From the human T2T-CHM13v2.0 reference genome, Homo sapiens, in NCBI RefSeq assembly GCF_009914755.1, contig NC_060935.1: a stretch of 64,000 bases of DNA. One strand, written 5' to 3'. Made by a program: the position numbers and the translations under genes. Of the stretch, positions 1-12,299 are shown in pieces (positions within the stretch are counted from its first letter, which is position 1; each line of letters starts with the position of its first letter). Under the pieces are notes generated by a model. It was not told the DNA's origin. It worked only from the letters and a program-made list of their open reading frames with translations, and did not search any database.

Positions 1-28
1 TCTTCCTTTACCTAAATGATTTTCTGGG

Positions 29-385
29 TGTATCAGTTGGTTTTCACACTGCTGATAAAGACATACCCGAGACTGGATGATTTATAAAGAAAAAGAGGTT
101 TAATGGACTCACAGTTCCACGTAGCTAAGGAGGCCTCACAATCATTGCAGAAGACAAAAGTCTACATGGCAGCAGGCAAAAGAGCAAATGAGAGAAAAGT
201 GAAAAGGAAAATGCCTTATAAAACCATCAGATCTTGTGAGACTTATTCACTACCATGAGAACCATATGGGGGAACTTGCCCCCATGATCCAATTACTGCC
301 ACTGGGTCTCTCCCACAACATATGGGAATTATGGAAGCTACAATTCAATATGAGATTTGGGTGGGGACACAGCCAAACCATATCA
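29..385 (-). mobile_element. THE1-family (MaLR) solo LTR
   Basis: TGTATCAG...CCAAACCATATCA ends; THE1 hallmarks 'gctgataaagacatacccgagactgg' and 'gagatttgggtggggacacagccaaacc'; near-perfect 5-bp TSD ctggg/ttggg. Confidence 0.9.
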
Positions 386-899
386 TTGGGCAAGAAACAG
401 CTGGCAAAAGAAGGAAAGGTACAAACTATGCCAGGCCTTACCACAGAATATTCACCTTATGCCATCATAGATTTGCACATTTTTAGTTGAAAATGAGGGT
501 AAAATCAGAAAAAAAGTTATGTTATTAGTTGTTTATGGTAGTATCAGATTGATTCTGAAAACTGTGTTTCAAATTCATGCAATCAATAGCTATAGCAAAA
601 ATGCTTTATACAATAGCAGATTTTATATTTTACCATCAACATTATATTTGAGAATCAATAAGATAAAACAAGCAGAAAATAATATGAACAGACAAATTGA
701 CAATATACCTGTTAAGATGGAGATAACTCTAATTCAAAATATTATTATATCAAAATTGCTTCCTTATAGTGGTTGAGGAATCTATAGACATTAATAACAG
801 AGAAGAGTTAATAGCTCTAGTTACTCTCTGAAGATGAAGGCTTGAGCTGCAAATATGTCCCAAACAAACTAATGAAGATCTATCATTCATAGTCTAAAT

Positions 900-1260
900 G
901 AATATGTGATATGCCTATCCCCTTGATATCTCAGCATTACAAATTATTGCTTTCCCTCACTCCATTGGAAGTAGGCATAGCCGTAAAACTTCCTTTGATC
1001 ATTGCAATTTGAACAGAAGAGGTATGTGTTACTCTTGGGAAGATGCAAAGAAGAGTCCCTATATTCTCTTTCCTCCCAAACTGAGGAGGAAAGTTCCACA
1101 TGATGGAGTGTTCAACTACCTGAAGTCTTTGTGCACGGAATACACCAACATGAAATGAGAATGTACTGTGAGGAAAAAATAAATGTATTTCTTTATTAAA
1201 GTCTCAGAAATTGGAAGATGGTTGGTCATTACGAATAACCTAGAATATTCCAACAGATAT
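900..1260 (+). mobile_element. Old MLT1-type MaLR LTR remnant (boundaries approximate)
   Basis: Degenerate MLT1-like 3' part: 'aaataaatgtatttctttattaaagtctcagaaattggaagatggttgg...ataacctag'. Confidence 0.4.
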
Positions 1261-1603
1261 CAGATATTTTGAAAATGTTACGGAAACAATATGTAAATCT
1301 GAACTCACTGAAAACACATCACCTCAAGAGTCCATTGTGAAAATACTGAGATTAAAGAAAGACATACCTTTCATTACATGAAAGCTCTGGTTTTTAAAAA
1401 CTTGCCCGTATTTGATTACAGATCTCAATGAAAGTGTAAAGAGGAACTAGGATGCTGACTTTGAGAGTTCCTCAATGAAGTGGCCCAGTGAGTCACTCTA
1501 CCGTGAAACCTAAAATGTACAATCTTCACTCAGATACCCATTCTTTCTAAACAGCCTTAAGTTGCCCCAATATTAAATACAAGCTGACAATTAAGAAGCA
1601 CTA

Positions 1604-1840
1604 GATTCCCAGGCAAGACGGATGAATAGGAACAGTTCTGGTCTGCAGCTCCCAGCGAGACCAATGCAGAAGGCGGGTGATTTCTGCAATTCCAACTGAG
1701 GTACCCGGCTCATCTCATTGGGACTGGTTAGACAGTGGGTGCAGCCCAGGGAGGGCGATCAGAAACAGGGTGGGGTGTCGCCACACCTGGGAAGCGAAAG
1801 GGGTTGGGGAACTCCCTCCCCTAGCCAAGGAAAGCTGTGA
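1604..1840 (+). mobile_element. Isolated 5'-terminal fragment of an L1PA (about PA7/PA8) 5'UTR
   Basis: 'ggcaagacggatgaataggaacagttctggtctgcagctcccagcgagaccaatgcagaaggcgggtgatttctgc...' matches the start of the L1PA 5'UTR; relatively CpG-rich; ends abruptly with no ORF1. Confidence 0.85.
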
Positions 1841-1864
1841 ACATTTCAATAAAGAGAAAGAAGA

Positions 1865-2000
1865 GCTTGGGAACCAAGCAGAATTTAATTTGACATCTGT
1901 GTCTGCCATTTCCTCCCATGTAGCTTCAGGAAAGTCACTCCACTATTATGAACCTCAGGATTTCTTATCTCTTGAATGAGAATAATTTCTACTTTGCAAA
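1865..2000 (+). mobile_element. MIR remnant
   Basis: Degenerate MIR core 'tctgccattt...aagtcactccactattatgaacctcagga tttcttatct'. Confidence 0.45.
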
Positions 2001-2745
2001 GTTTTTTTTAATAAAATAATTTTTAAAGGGCTTACATCACCTGTTGCTAAAAAGTTTTATAATATTATTTTCTCTTAAAGAGTGTTCCAATACCCCCATT
2101 AACAGTAGCATTTTACAATTACCATTATTATTAATATGTAAGTATTACCCCATGAAAAGGAAGTAAGTTACTTTTTAGATATTTTTAAATTCCTGAATAA
2201 TTAGAGTAAAATACAAATCATTCTAAACATTCTAATCTGTGGTCGATATTAAAAGGTAGAAGCAGTCATTTTTAAAATATACATATTTTACTCACTTTTA
2301 TTTATTTGGAAAGTAGCAAATGACAGACTAGAAAGTATTTTCAGCTAATGATATGCCTTTTTTTATGATCGTTATGTGATATAAGGAGCTATTAAGAATG
2401 TTCAATGATGGAGTCAAAAGCTCTTAACTATGTGTTTCTAGAAAAGATATGCCATAGTTCTGTTACGTGTCATTGGAAATTTATTTTCTCACTTTATATT
2501 TTAGTTTCACAAATCGAAAGATACGAATGTGAAAGTATATCAGCAATTTTAAAGATTGATGTGCCATTAACTTGGAGGATCTAATGAAAGCTCCGGTCCT
2601 TTCCTGTGGAATAAATGTGCATAGACCTTAACACACAAACTTTGGACTTCACGGCCCTCCAAAATTCCAAGCCTAACATCTTAGTAATGCTTTCAATTAA
2701 TAAAGGAAACCTGAGACAATTTTGTTATCTTAATTGATAAGTTGA

Positions 2746-2764
2746 TGCTGCCATCTAGTGGCAA
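2746..2764 (-). promoter_or_regulatory. CTCF binding motif
   Basis: Minus strand reads TTGCCACTAGATGGCAGCA, a close match to the CTCF core CCACNAGRKGGCRS, in non-repeat DNA. Confidence 0.65.
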
Positions 2765-3825
2765 TGCTTAACAACTTAAGAAGAAACCACGACAGTGTTA
2801 TTTCGCTGGGAATACTGTTTACCCTTAAACGTATTCTGTATTCGCTAAGAGCATGTTAACAAGAGTTGACTTAAGAGTTAAAGATATACAATATATTTCT
2901 TAGTGAAATATTTTATATAAACTTAGAGTAATTTTTTAATTAAAATTTAGTTTTGAAAAATATAATCCTTATACAAATCTGATAATTTCTCAGGAAAAAA
3001 GTTCTACAGAAAGTTGTCACTGGAGTAACTCAGTTGAATTAGTTATTTCTTTTCCTTCACAATTTCTTACCTAAGATTACTAAAAGGAAGGAGAAAAGGA
3101 TGTTTCATAAATAATATGAAAATGTATATTTCATGAGTACTGAAAGCAAACATTATAAAAGCAAAATTTAATGGGTTGGGAAATTGAACTAATATTTAAA
3201 ATTAGGTTTTGAAAACTCAGGATGTAAAGTCATTTTGAGGAAATCTTTACTAACAGAGAAACTGGAGAAAGATGAATCAACATTAATAGTTAATCTTTCC
3301 TTACATTTGTTTCCAAATGGATCTGAAGAAAACAAAAGCCTGTTATGCTCCGTTGGGTTCAACAAACTTTTATTGAATAACTACTCTGTGCCAGACACTG
3401 TACAAGGTTCTCATGATAAACAAGTAGTAGCTCCTTGGGACATATGATTAGGAAGAATTCCTCTATTTCTAGGTAAATAAAATTGTGTTTTAATCAGGAG
3501 CAGATGATGTCCCATGCCTTTCCAACATCCATAAAGATGACTATATGAATATCAATAATAATAAGAAAAAAATCAGCAATAACAAGAATAGAAACATCAT
3601 CCAGCACTTCTAAATACTCTCCTGCAATATCTTATTTAATTTTGATAGTAATACAATGCCCTAGATAATGTTATCCCCATTTTATAGAGAAGAATACAAA
3701 AAAATTTCTATAAATTATGTGTAATTTTGGATACTGATTTTATTTTGAATTTTGCAGTATGTAGCCTCACTTATGTAACCTTAATATAGTTGTGCCATTC
3801 GTATTTAAATTTGTGAATATAATAT

Positions 3826-4412
3826 AGATATTAGATTCTCCAGAGAGACAGAACCTATCAGAGATAGATAGATGTAGACACAGATAGAGATATAGATGCC
3901 TAAGAGGGAATTTATTAGGGGAACTGGTTCATGATTACGAAGTTTAAGTCCCAGGCAGATAATCTGCAAGCTAGAGACCTTAGGATGACAGTAGCATGGC
4001 TCAGTCCAAGCCTAAAGGCCTCAAAAACAGGGAAGCTGATGTTGTAACTCTAAGTCTGAGGCTTGAGGACTGAGAACCTGGGACCACTGGTGCAAATCCT
4101 GGAGTCCAAACGCTGGAGAGCCTGGAGTTCTGATGTCCAAGAGCAGGAAAAGAAGAGTGTCCCAACACTAGGAGAGAGAGAAAAAAAATAGAATTTGCCT
4201 TTCTTCTGTCTTTTTGTTTCATCCAAGCCCCAAGACGATTGGATGGTGCCTGCCCCCATTGAGTGAGGGATGATTTTCCCACCTCAGTCTACCTACTCAC
4301 ATGCCAATCTCTTCTGGAAACACCCTCTCAGACACACCCAGAAATAATTATTTACCAGCTATCTAGGCATCCCTTAGTCCAACCAACTTGACACCTACAA
4401 TTGACTGTCACA
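3826..4412 (-). mobile_element. MLT2B-type (ERVL) solo LTR
   Basis: 'ttctccagagagacagaacc' + GATA-rich tract + 'ggaaacaccctctcagacacacccagaaataat...ttgacacct...tcaca'. Confidence 0.85.
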
Positions 4413-4988
4413 TCCTCCTCTCTCTTTCTCTCTCTCACATACTCACACCATGCACACACATCACTGAATCTAATAGGATTAAAAATAATCTTTTCCTCTC
4501 TCTTTCTTCAAAACATCTTTAAACCTTTTTCTTTCTTTCCTCAAAGTTCCATTTTAAATATGTTTGTCTTCCCAATCAGATGTCCCTTTTCCCTTCTTTT
4601 GGCAAAAAAAAAACCACTCTTTTAGTGGTTCTAAGATAACTTGTCCCTCCCACACCTGGTGTGGCTGTCAACCATGAGGCCCTGAATCTTCAAACCACAG
4701 AGGTAGGCCCCTGATCCAGGAGAATAAGTCAGTTGGAGGATACCAGTACTCTGGACACAACTAACAGGTAAGTAGAAAAAAATTGGGTCAATCAAAGACA
4801 GTTTTTGTTTCTTTTGAATGGTGTCAAATAGTGACAGAAAAGAAATGAGTAGAAAACTTCTCCTAACTATATTGTCCCAATTTTATTTTCCTTTAATGAG
4901 CTAAAGCTTAAAAGCCAAACCAATACAATAGTCGACCAAAGGTGTTACGTGGATGTTCTTTCCCTACCCACCCCCAAAAAAGGGATTT

Positions 4989-5440
4989 TATCAGTTCAGA
5001 TTAGGTTTGCCTACATGTGTTAGGAAATTTAAAGTAGCAGTAACTTAAACAAGTTGTTTAAACTTTATTTTTCTTTCTTATAAAATGAGTAAGTAAATAG
5101 CCAATGTAGGGCAGATAAGGCTACTATACAGTGACAGGAGCCCGAATGTTTCCCCATAGTACAAAATGACTGCCACTGAATCTACATTTAGGTCACAAAA
5201 AGGAGACAGGTGACAAGAAGAATGCTAACCTAAACATCTAAGGAGACTTCCCAGAAGAACCTCACACATTTTCTTCTTACATTTCAGTACTTTGTCATGT
5301 GGCAACAGCCACGTACAAAGGAGATTGAAAAATGTAGTGTTCTATCTTGGTTGCAATGTGACCAGCTAAAAATGGGGCTTCCATTAAGCAAGAGGAGAAT
5401 GAAAGATGGAATTCCTCTTTAGTAGTATTTGCTACAGAGG
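4989..5440 (-). mobile_element. Old MLT1-type LTR remnant (approximate)
   Basis: Degenerate 'tatcagttcagattaggtttg...aacttaaacaag' and 'tgtcatgtggcaacagcc..acaaaggagattgaaaaatgtagt'. Confidence 0.4.
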
Positions 5441-5628
5441 TAAATGTAATTTATTTGGCTTCTTTTCTTCTTAGCCATTTTTTCCCCTTAGATGATCTTC
5501 CTTTCATGCTGGCATTTGTATGATAGCTAAAAGCACAAGTTTTGCTGTCTGAGGACCTGAGTTAGAATCCCAACCCCACTGTAAATAAACTGTATGATCC
5601 TGTCTCCATCATGAGATATATTTGATCC

Positions 5629-5725
5629 TTCTTTTTTTGTAGGGTAATGATTCCTAGCTCTTCTTTTTTTGTAGTAGTGCTGATCCCTAGCTCTTCTTTA
5701 TTTGTAGTAATACTAATCCCTAGCT
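5629..5725. repeat. Tandem repeat, about 33 bp x3, within MIR/L2-like sequence
   Basis: cttcttttttgtagggtaatgattcctagct / cttctttttttgtagtagtgctgatccctagct / cttctttatttgtagtaatactaatccctagct. Confidence 0.8.
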
Positions 5726-7984
5726 GGTTCGCCATTAAATGCACGCTTCTCTCCCTCCAAAGGAGAAAAGAACTTTTCCTGTCTCATTTACTGCTGTATC
5801 CTCAGGACTTGGAATAATGCCTGCTAATCAGGAGTCACCATATACATATTTTTTAACTTAATTTTGACAACTAAAAATCCTCTTGCGAAGAATATCTAAT
5901 AGCACATAATTTATTTTAAAATATTTAGGATTTATCTAGTTAAAAGCAAGCTAAAAATAACATTTAATATAAAATCCTATAAAAATCTTGTAAAAATATA
6001 TATACCTACATATAAGAAAATGCTGGAAGAGTGTAAACAATGGATTTAGCATAGATTATTTATACAAACAAAATTACATGACAAGAACATGTGTTTTTCT
6101 AGATCCCATTGTCTTATAAAATAAACTATCTGCATTTTTATATTTCAGAATCCTATATATATGGTACAAACATATAAATTTTAAATAGTAGAAAAAAATA
6201 TCTATTTTGATGTATATTACCATTGTTTTCATATGTGAGTAGTGAAATTACATGTGAGTTTTACTTTCTTTGTGTTCTGCTTTCCAAACATTCTCTAATA
6301 ATTTTAGGTCTCTAAAAGTATGTATTTATTGCTTTTCCTAGGCAACAAGAGAAAGTATTTTTTTAATTTAGGCCCATATATTTTATATTCTTATTAGGCC
6401 AAAGACGTTTTGATTCAATTAATACATTAAATTATATAATAATCTTACTAAGTGGAACAATTTTCTCATTTCAAGAAAAATGTTGTTTACTACTTTTAAA
6501 ATATGGTAAAAACTGTGGTTGGAAAAAGTGATTTCTGAAATCTCTAAGAGGGTGCAAAGCCTCTCATCACACTCAGGCTACAGACAGTCTGTTTTCTGTC
6601 AACATCATTAGATTTGCCTTCAACCCATTATTTTTGGCATTGGAATTGCTCAAGTGCAATTCAAGGAGATTGCAGTTACTGACCCATTGTTCTGAGTCCA
6701 GACAAGACCGCTTTCCATCTGAACATGTCTATTGGTCTCTCCTTCAATGAGACACCCATGAAATATTGAGAGCCTTGGGGAAAGTTGAGTGTCCACACAT
6801 ATCATCCCAATGTGTTCCAGGGAAGTTTGTAAACACTGGAGAAGATCTGATAGCACCTGATTCATTCTGAAATTGGGGTTCTGTATGAAGAGTTATTTTA
6901 GATGCACAGGATCAGCTCTGCATCCACTTTTCTGACCAGAAACTCTTCCTTAATTTCAAAGAAACAAAAAGATGCTAAAACTATTTTAAAATTTTGTCTA
7001 TTATATTTCTTTTTCAATTTGGAAACAACAAAAAAGGGTAACATGAAAATAGGCTGTAAATTTTCTGTATTTTAATTTACCTCTAACTTTTCCATACCCA
7101 GTGCCTCTGAATTTTAAAAATTTTTCTATTTTACTATTCACTTTCTTGCATTTTATTTCTAGTTTCTATAATAAGCTATTCCCATTTATTTTTACCTAAA
7201 AGAACTAAGAAAAAAACTAAATATCAACAAATAAAGTAATAGCTGAAATGACTTAAGAGTCAAATACACAGAGAGTCATCTGAAAATTATTGCCAGGATT
7301 TGTCTCTGTATGAAATAGTAAGATTCTAGGGTTTTTATTTTTATTGTTGCTCCTCTTTTCCTTTATATTTTATATTTTCTGTTATAATGATGATTTATTT
7401 TGTTTTTAGAATATAAAAATAAAGAAAATAGGCATAAAATAAATTCAAAGGAATATAAGAAAAAGAATTCCTTTTATTTAAAAAATTATTTTTAAGCAAA
7501 GTAACCTTTTATATTTTCAATTCTGTAGATGGGAATGGGGAACACATGTTTTTTTTCCAATAAATCACTCCTGGTGTGGACATTTACATTATTAAATATA
7601 ACTAGTGTGCTAGTAATAACAGTCGCTAGATGGTTCTAATATTCATTAGACTTTATCATATTCCTAGTAATGAAGATTTTGGGGAGACATATAATTGTTC
7701 TGACTCTGTAGGTAACTAAAAATTTTTATCATTTATAGAAAGATGATGAAATGGAGGTTTTTCCAAAAGTAAGTAGTAAAATAAAAGTCAGATGGAAGCA
7801 TAGAAATATGCCATCCCCTAAATTTTGCAAATGGCTTAGTATCTTGGGATGATGACCAGGAAGTCTAACTATGTCTGGAAGCTTTTCCTTTTATCTACTT
7901 TTTGTTCTTGATGAGAATTAAAATTGTAATTTTCTTTTTAAAAAACTTCTTTTTGGTAATCATCCTCCCCATGGCATCTTTTAC

Positions 7985-9253
7985 TTTTTTTATTATTATT
8001 ATACTTTAAGTTTTAGGGTACATGTGCACAACGTGCAGGTTTGTTACATATGTATACATGTGCCATGTTGGTGTGCTGCACCCAGTAACTCATCATTTAG
8101 GATTAGGTATATCTCTTAATGCTATCCCTCCCCACTCCCCCCACCCCACAACAGGCCCCGGTTTGTGATGTTCCCCTTCCTGTGTCCATGTGTTCTCATT
8201 GTTCAATTCCCACCTATGAGTGAGAACACGCAGTGTTTTGTTTTTGTCCTTGCAATAGTCACTGAGAATGATGGTTTCCAGCTTCATCCATGTTCCTACA
8301 AAGGACATGAACTCTTCATTTTTTGTGGCTGCATAGTATTCCATGGTGTATATGTGCCACATTTTCTTAATCCAGTCTATCATTGTTGGACATTTGGGTT
8401 GGTTCCAAGTCTTTGCTATTGTGAATAGTGCCACAATAAACATACGTGTGCATGTGTCTTTATAGCAGCATGATTTATATTCCTTTGGGTATATACCCAG
8501 TAATGGGATGGCTGGGTCAAATGGTATTTCTAGTTCTAGATCCCTGAGGAATCACCACACTGACTTCCACAATGGTTGAACTAGTTTACAGTCCCACCAA
8601 CAGTGTAAAAGTGTTCCTATTTCTCCACATCCTCTCCAGCACCTGTTGTTTCCTGACTTTTTAATGATTGTCATTCTAACTGGTTTGAGATGATATCTCA
8701 TTGTGGTTTTGATTTGCATTTCCCTGATGGCCAGTGATGATGAGCATTTTTTCATGTGTTTTTTGGCTGCATAAATGTTTTCTTTTGAGAAGTGTCTGTT
8801 CATGTCCTTCACCCACTTTTTGATGGGGTTGTTTGTTTTTTTCTTGTAAATTTGTTTGAATTCATTGTAGATTCTGGATATTAGCCCTTTGTCAGATGAG
8901 TAGATTGCAAAAATTTTCTCCCATTCTGTAGGTTGCCTGTTCACTCTGATGGTAGTTTCTTTTGCTGTGCACAAGCTCTTTAGTTTAATTAGATCCCGTT
9001 TGTCTATTTTGGCTTTTGTTGCCATTGCTTTTAGTGTTTTAGACATGAAGTCCTTGCCCATGCCTATGTCCTGAATGGTATTGCCTAGGTTTTCTTCTAG
9101 GGTTTTTATGGTTTTAGGTCTAACATTTAAGTCTTTAATCCATCTTGAATTAATTTTTGTGTAAAGTGTAAGGAAGGGATCCAGATTCAGCTTTCTACGT
9201 ATGGCTAGCCAGTTTTCCCAGCACCATTTATTAAATAGGGAATCCTTTCCCCA
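7985..9253 (-). mobile_element. 5'-truncated L1PA (about PA3-PA4), ORF2 C-terminus + 3'UTR + A-tail
   Basis: ORF2 peptides at 8552-9061 and 8093-8443; 3'UTR 'ccaacatggcacatgtatacatatgtaacaaacctgcacgttgtgcacatgtaccctaaaacttaaagtataat'; imperfect TSD AAAGAAGTA/AAAAAAGTA. Confidence 0.95.
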
Positions 9254-9255
9254 CT

Positions 9256-9280
9256 TCCCTGGTGGTCTAGTGGCTAGGAT
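9256..9280 (+). pseudogene. tRNA-Glu 5' fragment (nt 1-25) captured at the L1 5' junction, antisense to the L1
   Basis: TCCCTGGTGGTCTAGTGGCTAGGAT equals the first 25 nt of human tRNA-Glu (GGCTAGG variant, recalled as Glu-TTC); bounded by L1 ORF2 on the left and OR coding sequence on the right. Confidence 0.85.
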
Positions 9281-10399
9281 ACTTCTTTATTTATCAAGCT
9301 GTAGATGAGAGGTTTCAACATGGGGATGTACAGAACACCAACACTATTTTATTGAGTTCCGGGTAAAAAGTTGCACCTGGTCGAACGTAGCTAAAGAAGA
9401 GAGACCCATAAAAGATGGAAACAGCTGTTAAGTGTGAAGAGCAGGTGGAAAAAGTTTTGTTCTTCCCATTAGCAGAGCAGATCCTCAGAATGTCAGTAAG
9501 GATGTAAAAATAGGAGATTATAATGGTCAGGCTACTGACAACTAGTACAGCTCCAGCCACAATGAAAACTAACAATTTATTGATCCGGGCGTCAGCACAC
9601 ACGAGAGAAAGAAGGAGAGACATGTCACAGAAGAAATGATTGATAATGTTGGAGTGAAAAAAGGGAAAATGAAAAGCAGCCGTTGTGTGAGTTATGGTGT
9701 TGAAGAAATCAGCTGCATAACGTACAACCACCAGCTGGATGCACAGTCTCTATTACATGGCCACTGAGTACAACAATGGGTTACAGATGGCCACATAATT
9801 GTCATAGGCCATGGAAGCCAAGAGAAGATACTCAATGACTACGAAGAACCCAAAGAACCACTGCTGCAAGGGACAGCCCAGGAAAGAGATGGCTTTCCTT
9901 ACAGCAAATAAGTCAGTGAGCAACTTGTGGCCCACAACGGATGAGAAGCAGATGTCCACAAAGGACAGGTAGCTGAGGACAAAGTACATAGGTGTGTGAA
10001 AGCAGGAATCGAGCCAGATGCGAACCATCATGCCCAAGTTTTCTGTCATAGTAATGAGGTAAAAAAGGTAGAAATGGTAAGAAAAGGAAGACTTGCAGCT
10101 GAAGATGATACCTTAAGCCTACAAAAATGAATTCTGTGATCCTTTTATATTTCCATCAGCCATTGGTTGATTTTAGTCTCTATAGTGAGAAAAATAGAGA
10201 ACTGATCATGCATTCAACTTTGATTTTTTAAAATCATAACATATTGCACAGGAAAAGAAATATAGGTGGAACTAACTTAGAAACATTGATATTTTTTAAA
10301 AAGCCCAAATAAAATGCTAGGACATTAGATATATCACAGTTCTAAAAAATAGTATGGTTTAAGCGTTTTATAGAGAAATTTGGGACTTAACTAAGAAAT

Positions 10400-12276
10400 G
10401 GTTAAAACTTTATAAACCTATATAAATTAATCACTACCCTTACAGATTATAGGAAAAAGCATTATTATTATTTCAATCGAATTTGAACAAGAATTTGATA
10501 AAATGCAGCTCTCAAGAAGAACTTTCCAAAACTGGAAATAAAAATAACTATTTAATTTAATACAAAGAATCTTCCAGAAAAAAAAATGTGTGTAGTGTTA
10601 AGACATTAGAAACATTCACATTATAATCAGACACTATTTAAAGATGTCCATAACATATGTATTTAACATTTATATTAAAGATTGTAAAATTCTAAAAAAA
10701 AAAAGATAAATATAAGTACTGTAGTAAAAGTAGAAAGAAATAACTGTCACTATTAGCAGGCAAAATAATCAGCCACATAGAAAACCTAGGAGAATCAACT
10801 GTTAAGATAAATTTTTAGAAAAAAATAATAAAAGTTTAACAAGGTAGTAGAATAGAAAATCAATATGGAAAATCAAAAATAATCAAATGTAAATTATCTC
10901 AGCAAAAATCATATTAATCAACTGGAATTAATAAAAACAAAAACCACTAATAAGCCCAACAAAGCATTTTCAAGATTTCTACGAAGAAAAATACAAATAA
11001 TGGAACTTTAATGAAATAAAAAAAATGACAAAATAAGCCAGAAAAACATAATATTTTTGTTTTTTGATCTCTTCTGGATCAAATGACTTAGTCATAAAGA
11101 GTCTTTTTCTCTTGGAAAAAATAAATTAGCTCCTATTGGGAAAGTAAAAATCTAACTGGCCATTCTTCACACTGGACTAACAGACTTAGATAAATACAAC
11201 TGTAGAGTCAGCAGGAAACAAGATTTCTCCATAGAATATTTTGCAGCTGTAAAGTGTCCCAACAACACTTTTCTTTGAGTAATTACTATTTTATTACTCA
11301 AGAATGACTTTCTATTCTAAAATAATAGGCCATCTAATTTTCTTTTAAATTATATTAGTAGATAAAACAGCTTACTCTCTTCTAGAAGATCTAAGTCACC
11401 TTGACATAGCAAAGCAGTCTTATTTCCAACACAGATACAGAACATCAAACAAGGGGCTTCAAGATGCAATATTCCACATTTACCTTAACTTTGTAATTCC
11501 TAAGGAAGAAGGACCCTGTGTCTGCTTTGTAATTTGAAACTGATGTTGACTGCTTTATAGACAACCCCACTTTGCTTGGTGTATATCAAAAATTCTCTTG
11601 GTATAAATTTTACCTAAACTCAGCCCTTCTCAATGATCCTATAATTACTATCTTTCCTTCATTTAATGAGACGTCCGTAGTTTATAAGCTGTGTGGTCTC
11701 CCTCATTGTGATGGATCAATAAAGGTGATTTGGTGAGAAAAAGGCTTGCTCCTGGTTTTCTTAGGCTATTTGGGTTAAGATACTCACCAAATTATTTCAC
11801 AAATTTAATGTAGTTCCAACCAAAATCGAAACATATTTTAATAAAACAATTTGATTTAAAAATGTATAAAGAAGAAAAATGTTCAACAATAGCCAACACA
11901 ATTTTGAAAAAGAAAACCAAAGACAAAGGATGTGTTATGCCAGGTATCTGCACAGATTATAAAGCTACCATAATTATAACAACAAGGTGTTGTTCCTAGA
12001 CTATATGGAAATATGAGTAGAAGACCCAAAAGCAGATTCATGAACATATGCCAATTTAACATAAATGTTTATTTCAAATTGGGAAAATAATGATGAATTA
12101 AACATAAAAGGTATTATAATATTTGAATGCTTTTGAAAAAATAACAAATATTAAAACTCTACCTTACACTACCTAAATTAAATAATCCTAACTATAAATA
12201 TGTGACAAGATATAATAAAGATAGCATTACAATTTTCTTGTAAGAATGGTCTTCTTAAATAGTACATAAAGGTCAT
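10400..12276 (+). mobile_element. Old L1M ORF2 fragments, interrupted by an LTR (approximate)
   Basis: A-rich degenerate ORF2-like text such as 'ccacatagaaaacctaggagaatcaact', 'aatagccaacacaattttgaaaaagaaaac', 'ctctaccttacactacc'. Confidence 0.6.
11134..11782 (+). mobile_element. ERV1-class solo LTR (MER67-like)
   Basis: Starts T(A)TTGGG, has AATAAA in 'gtgtggtctccctcattgtgatggatcaataaa', ends '...ggctatttgggttaagata'; ctcc/ctca flanks; interrupts L1M. Confidence 0.5.
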
Positions 12277-12299
12277 TTAATTTTTTTTAATTAGCTACA

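Larger units (their letters stand above)
7895..10163 (-). pseudogene. OR5G4P: Olfactory receptor family 5 pseudogene split by an L1PA insertion (probably OR5G4P)
   Basis: OR motifs HTPMYF, MAYD(N)[33 protein letters not shown](I)NKEV. ATG at 10163 follows the acceptor 'tctctatttttctcactatag'. Frameshifts near 10148 and 10062, tandem stops TAA TAG at 9750-9755, about 7-bp deletion near 9329. C-terminus KDAMGRMITKKKFF...* resumes at 7981-7895 beyond the L1. Symbol inferred from order and spacing relative to the OR5G3-like locus. Confidence 0.85.

Noticed and set aside
8655-8668. Near match to the OR enhancer 13-mer AACTTTTTAATGA (also near 12977 and 19133)
   Set aside because: It is part of ordinary L1 sequence (gactttttaatgat).
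9256-9280. Functional tRNA gene or retroviral primer-binding site
   Set aside because: Only nt 1-25 are present, with no anticodon, T arm or B box. A PBS is complementary to the tRNA 3' end, and there is no adjacent LTR.
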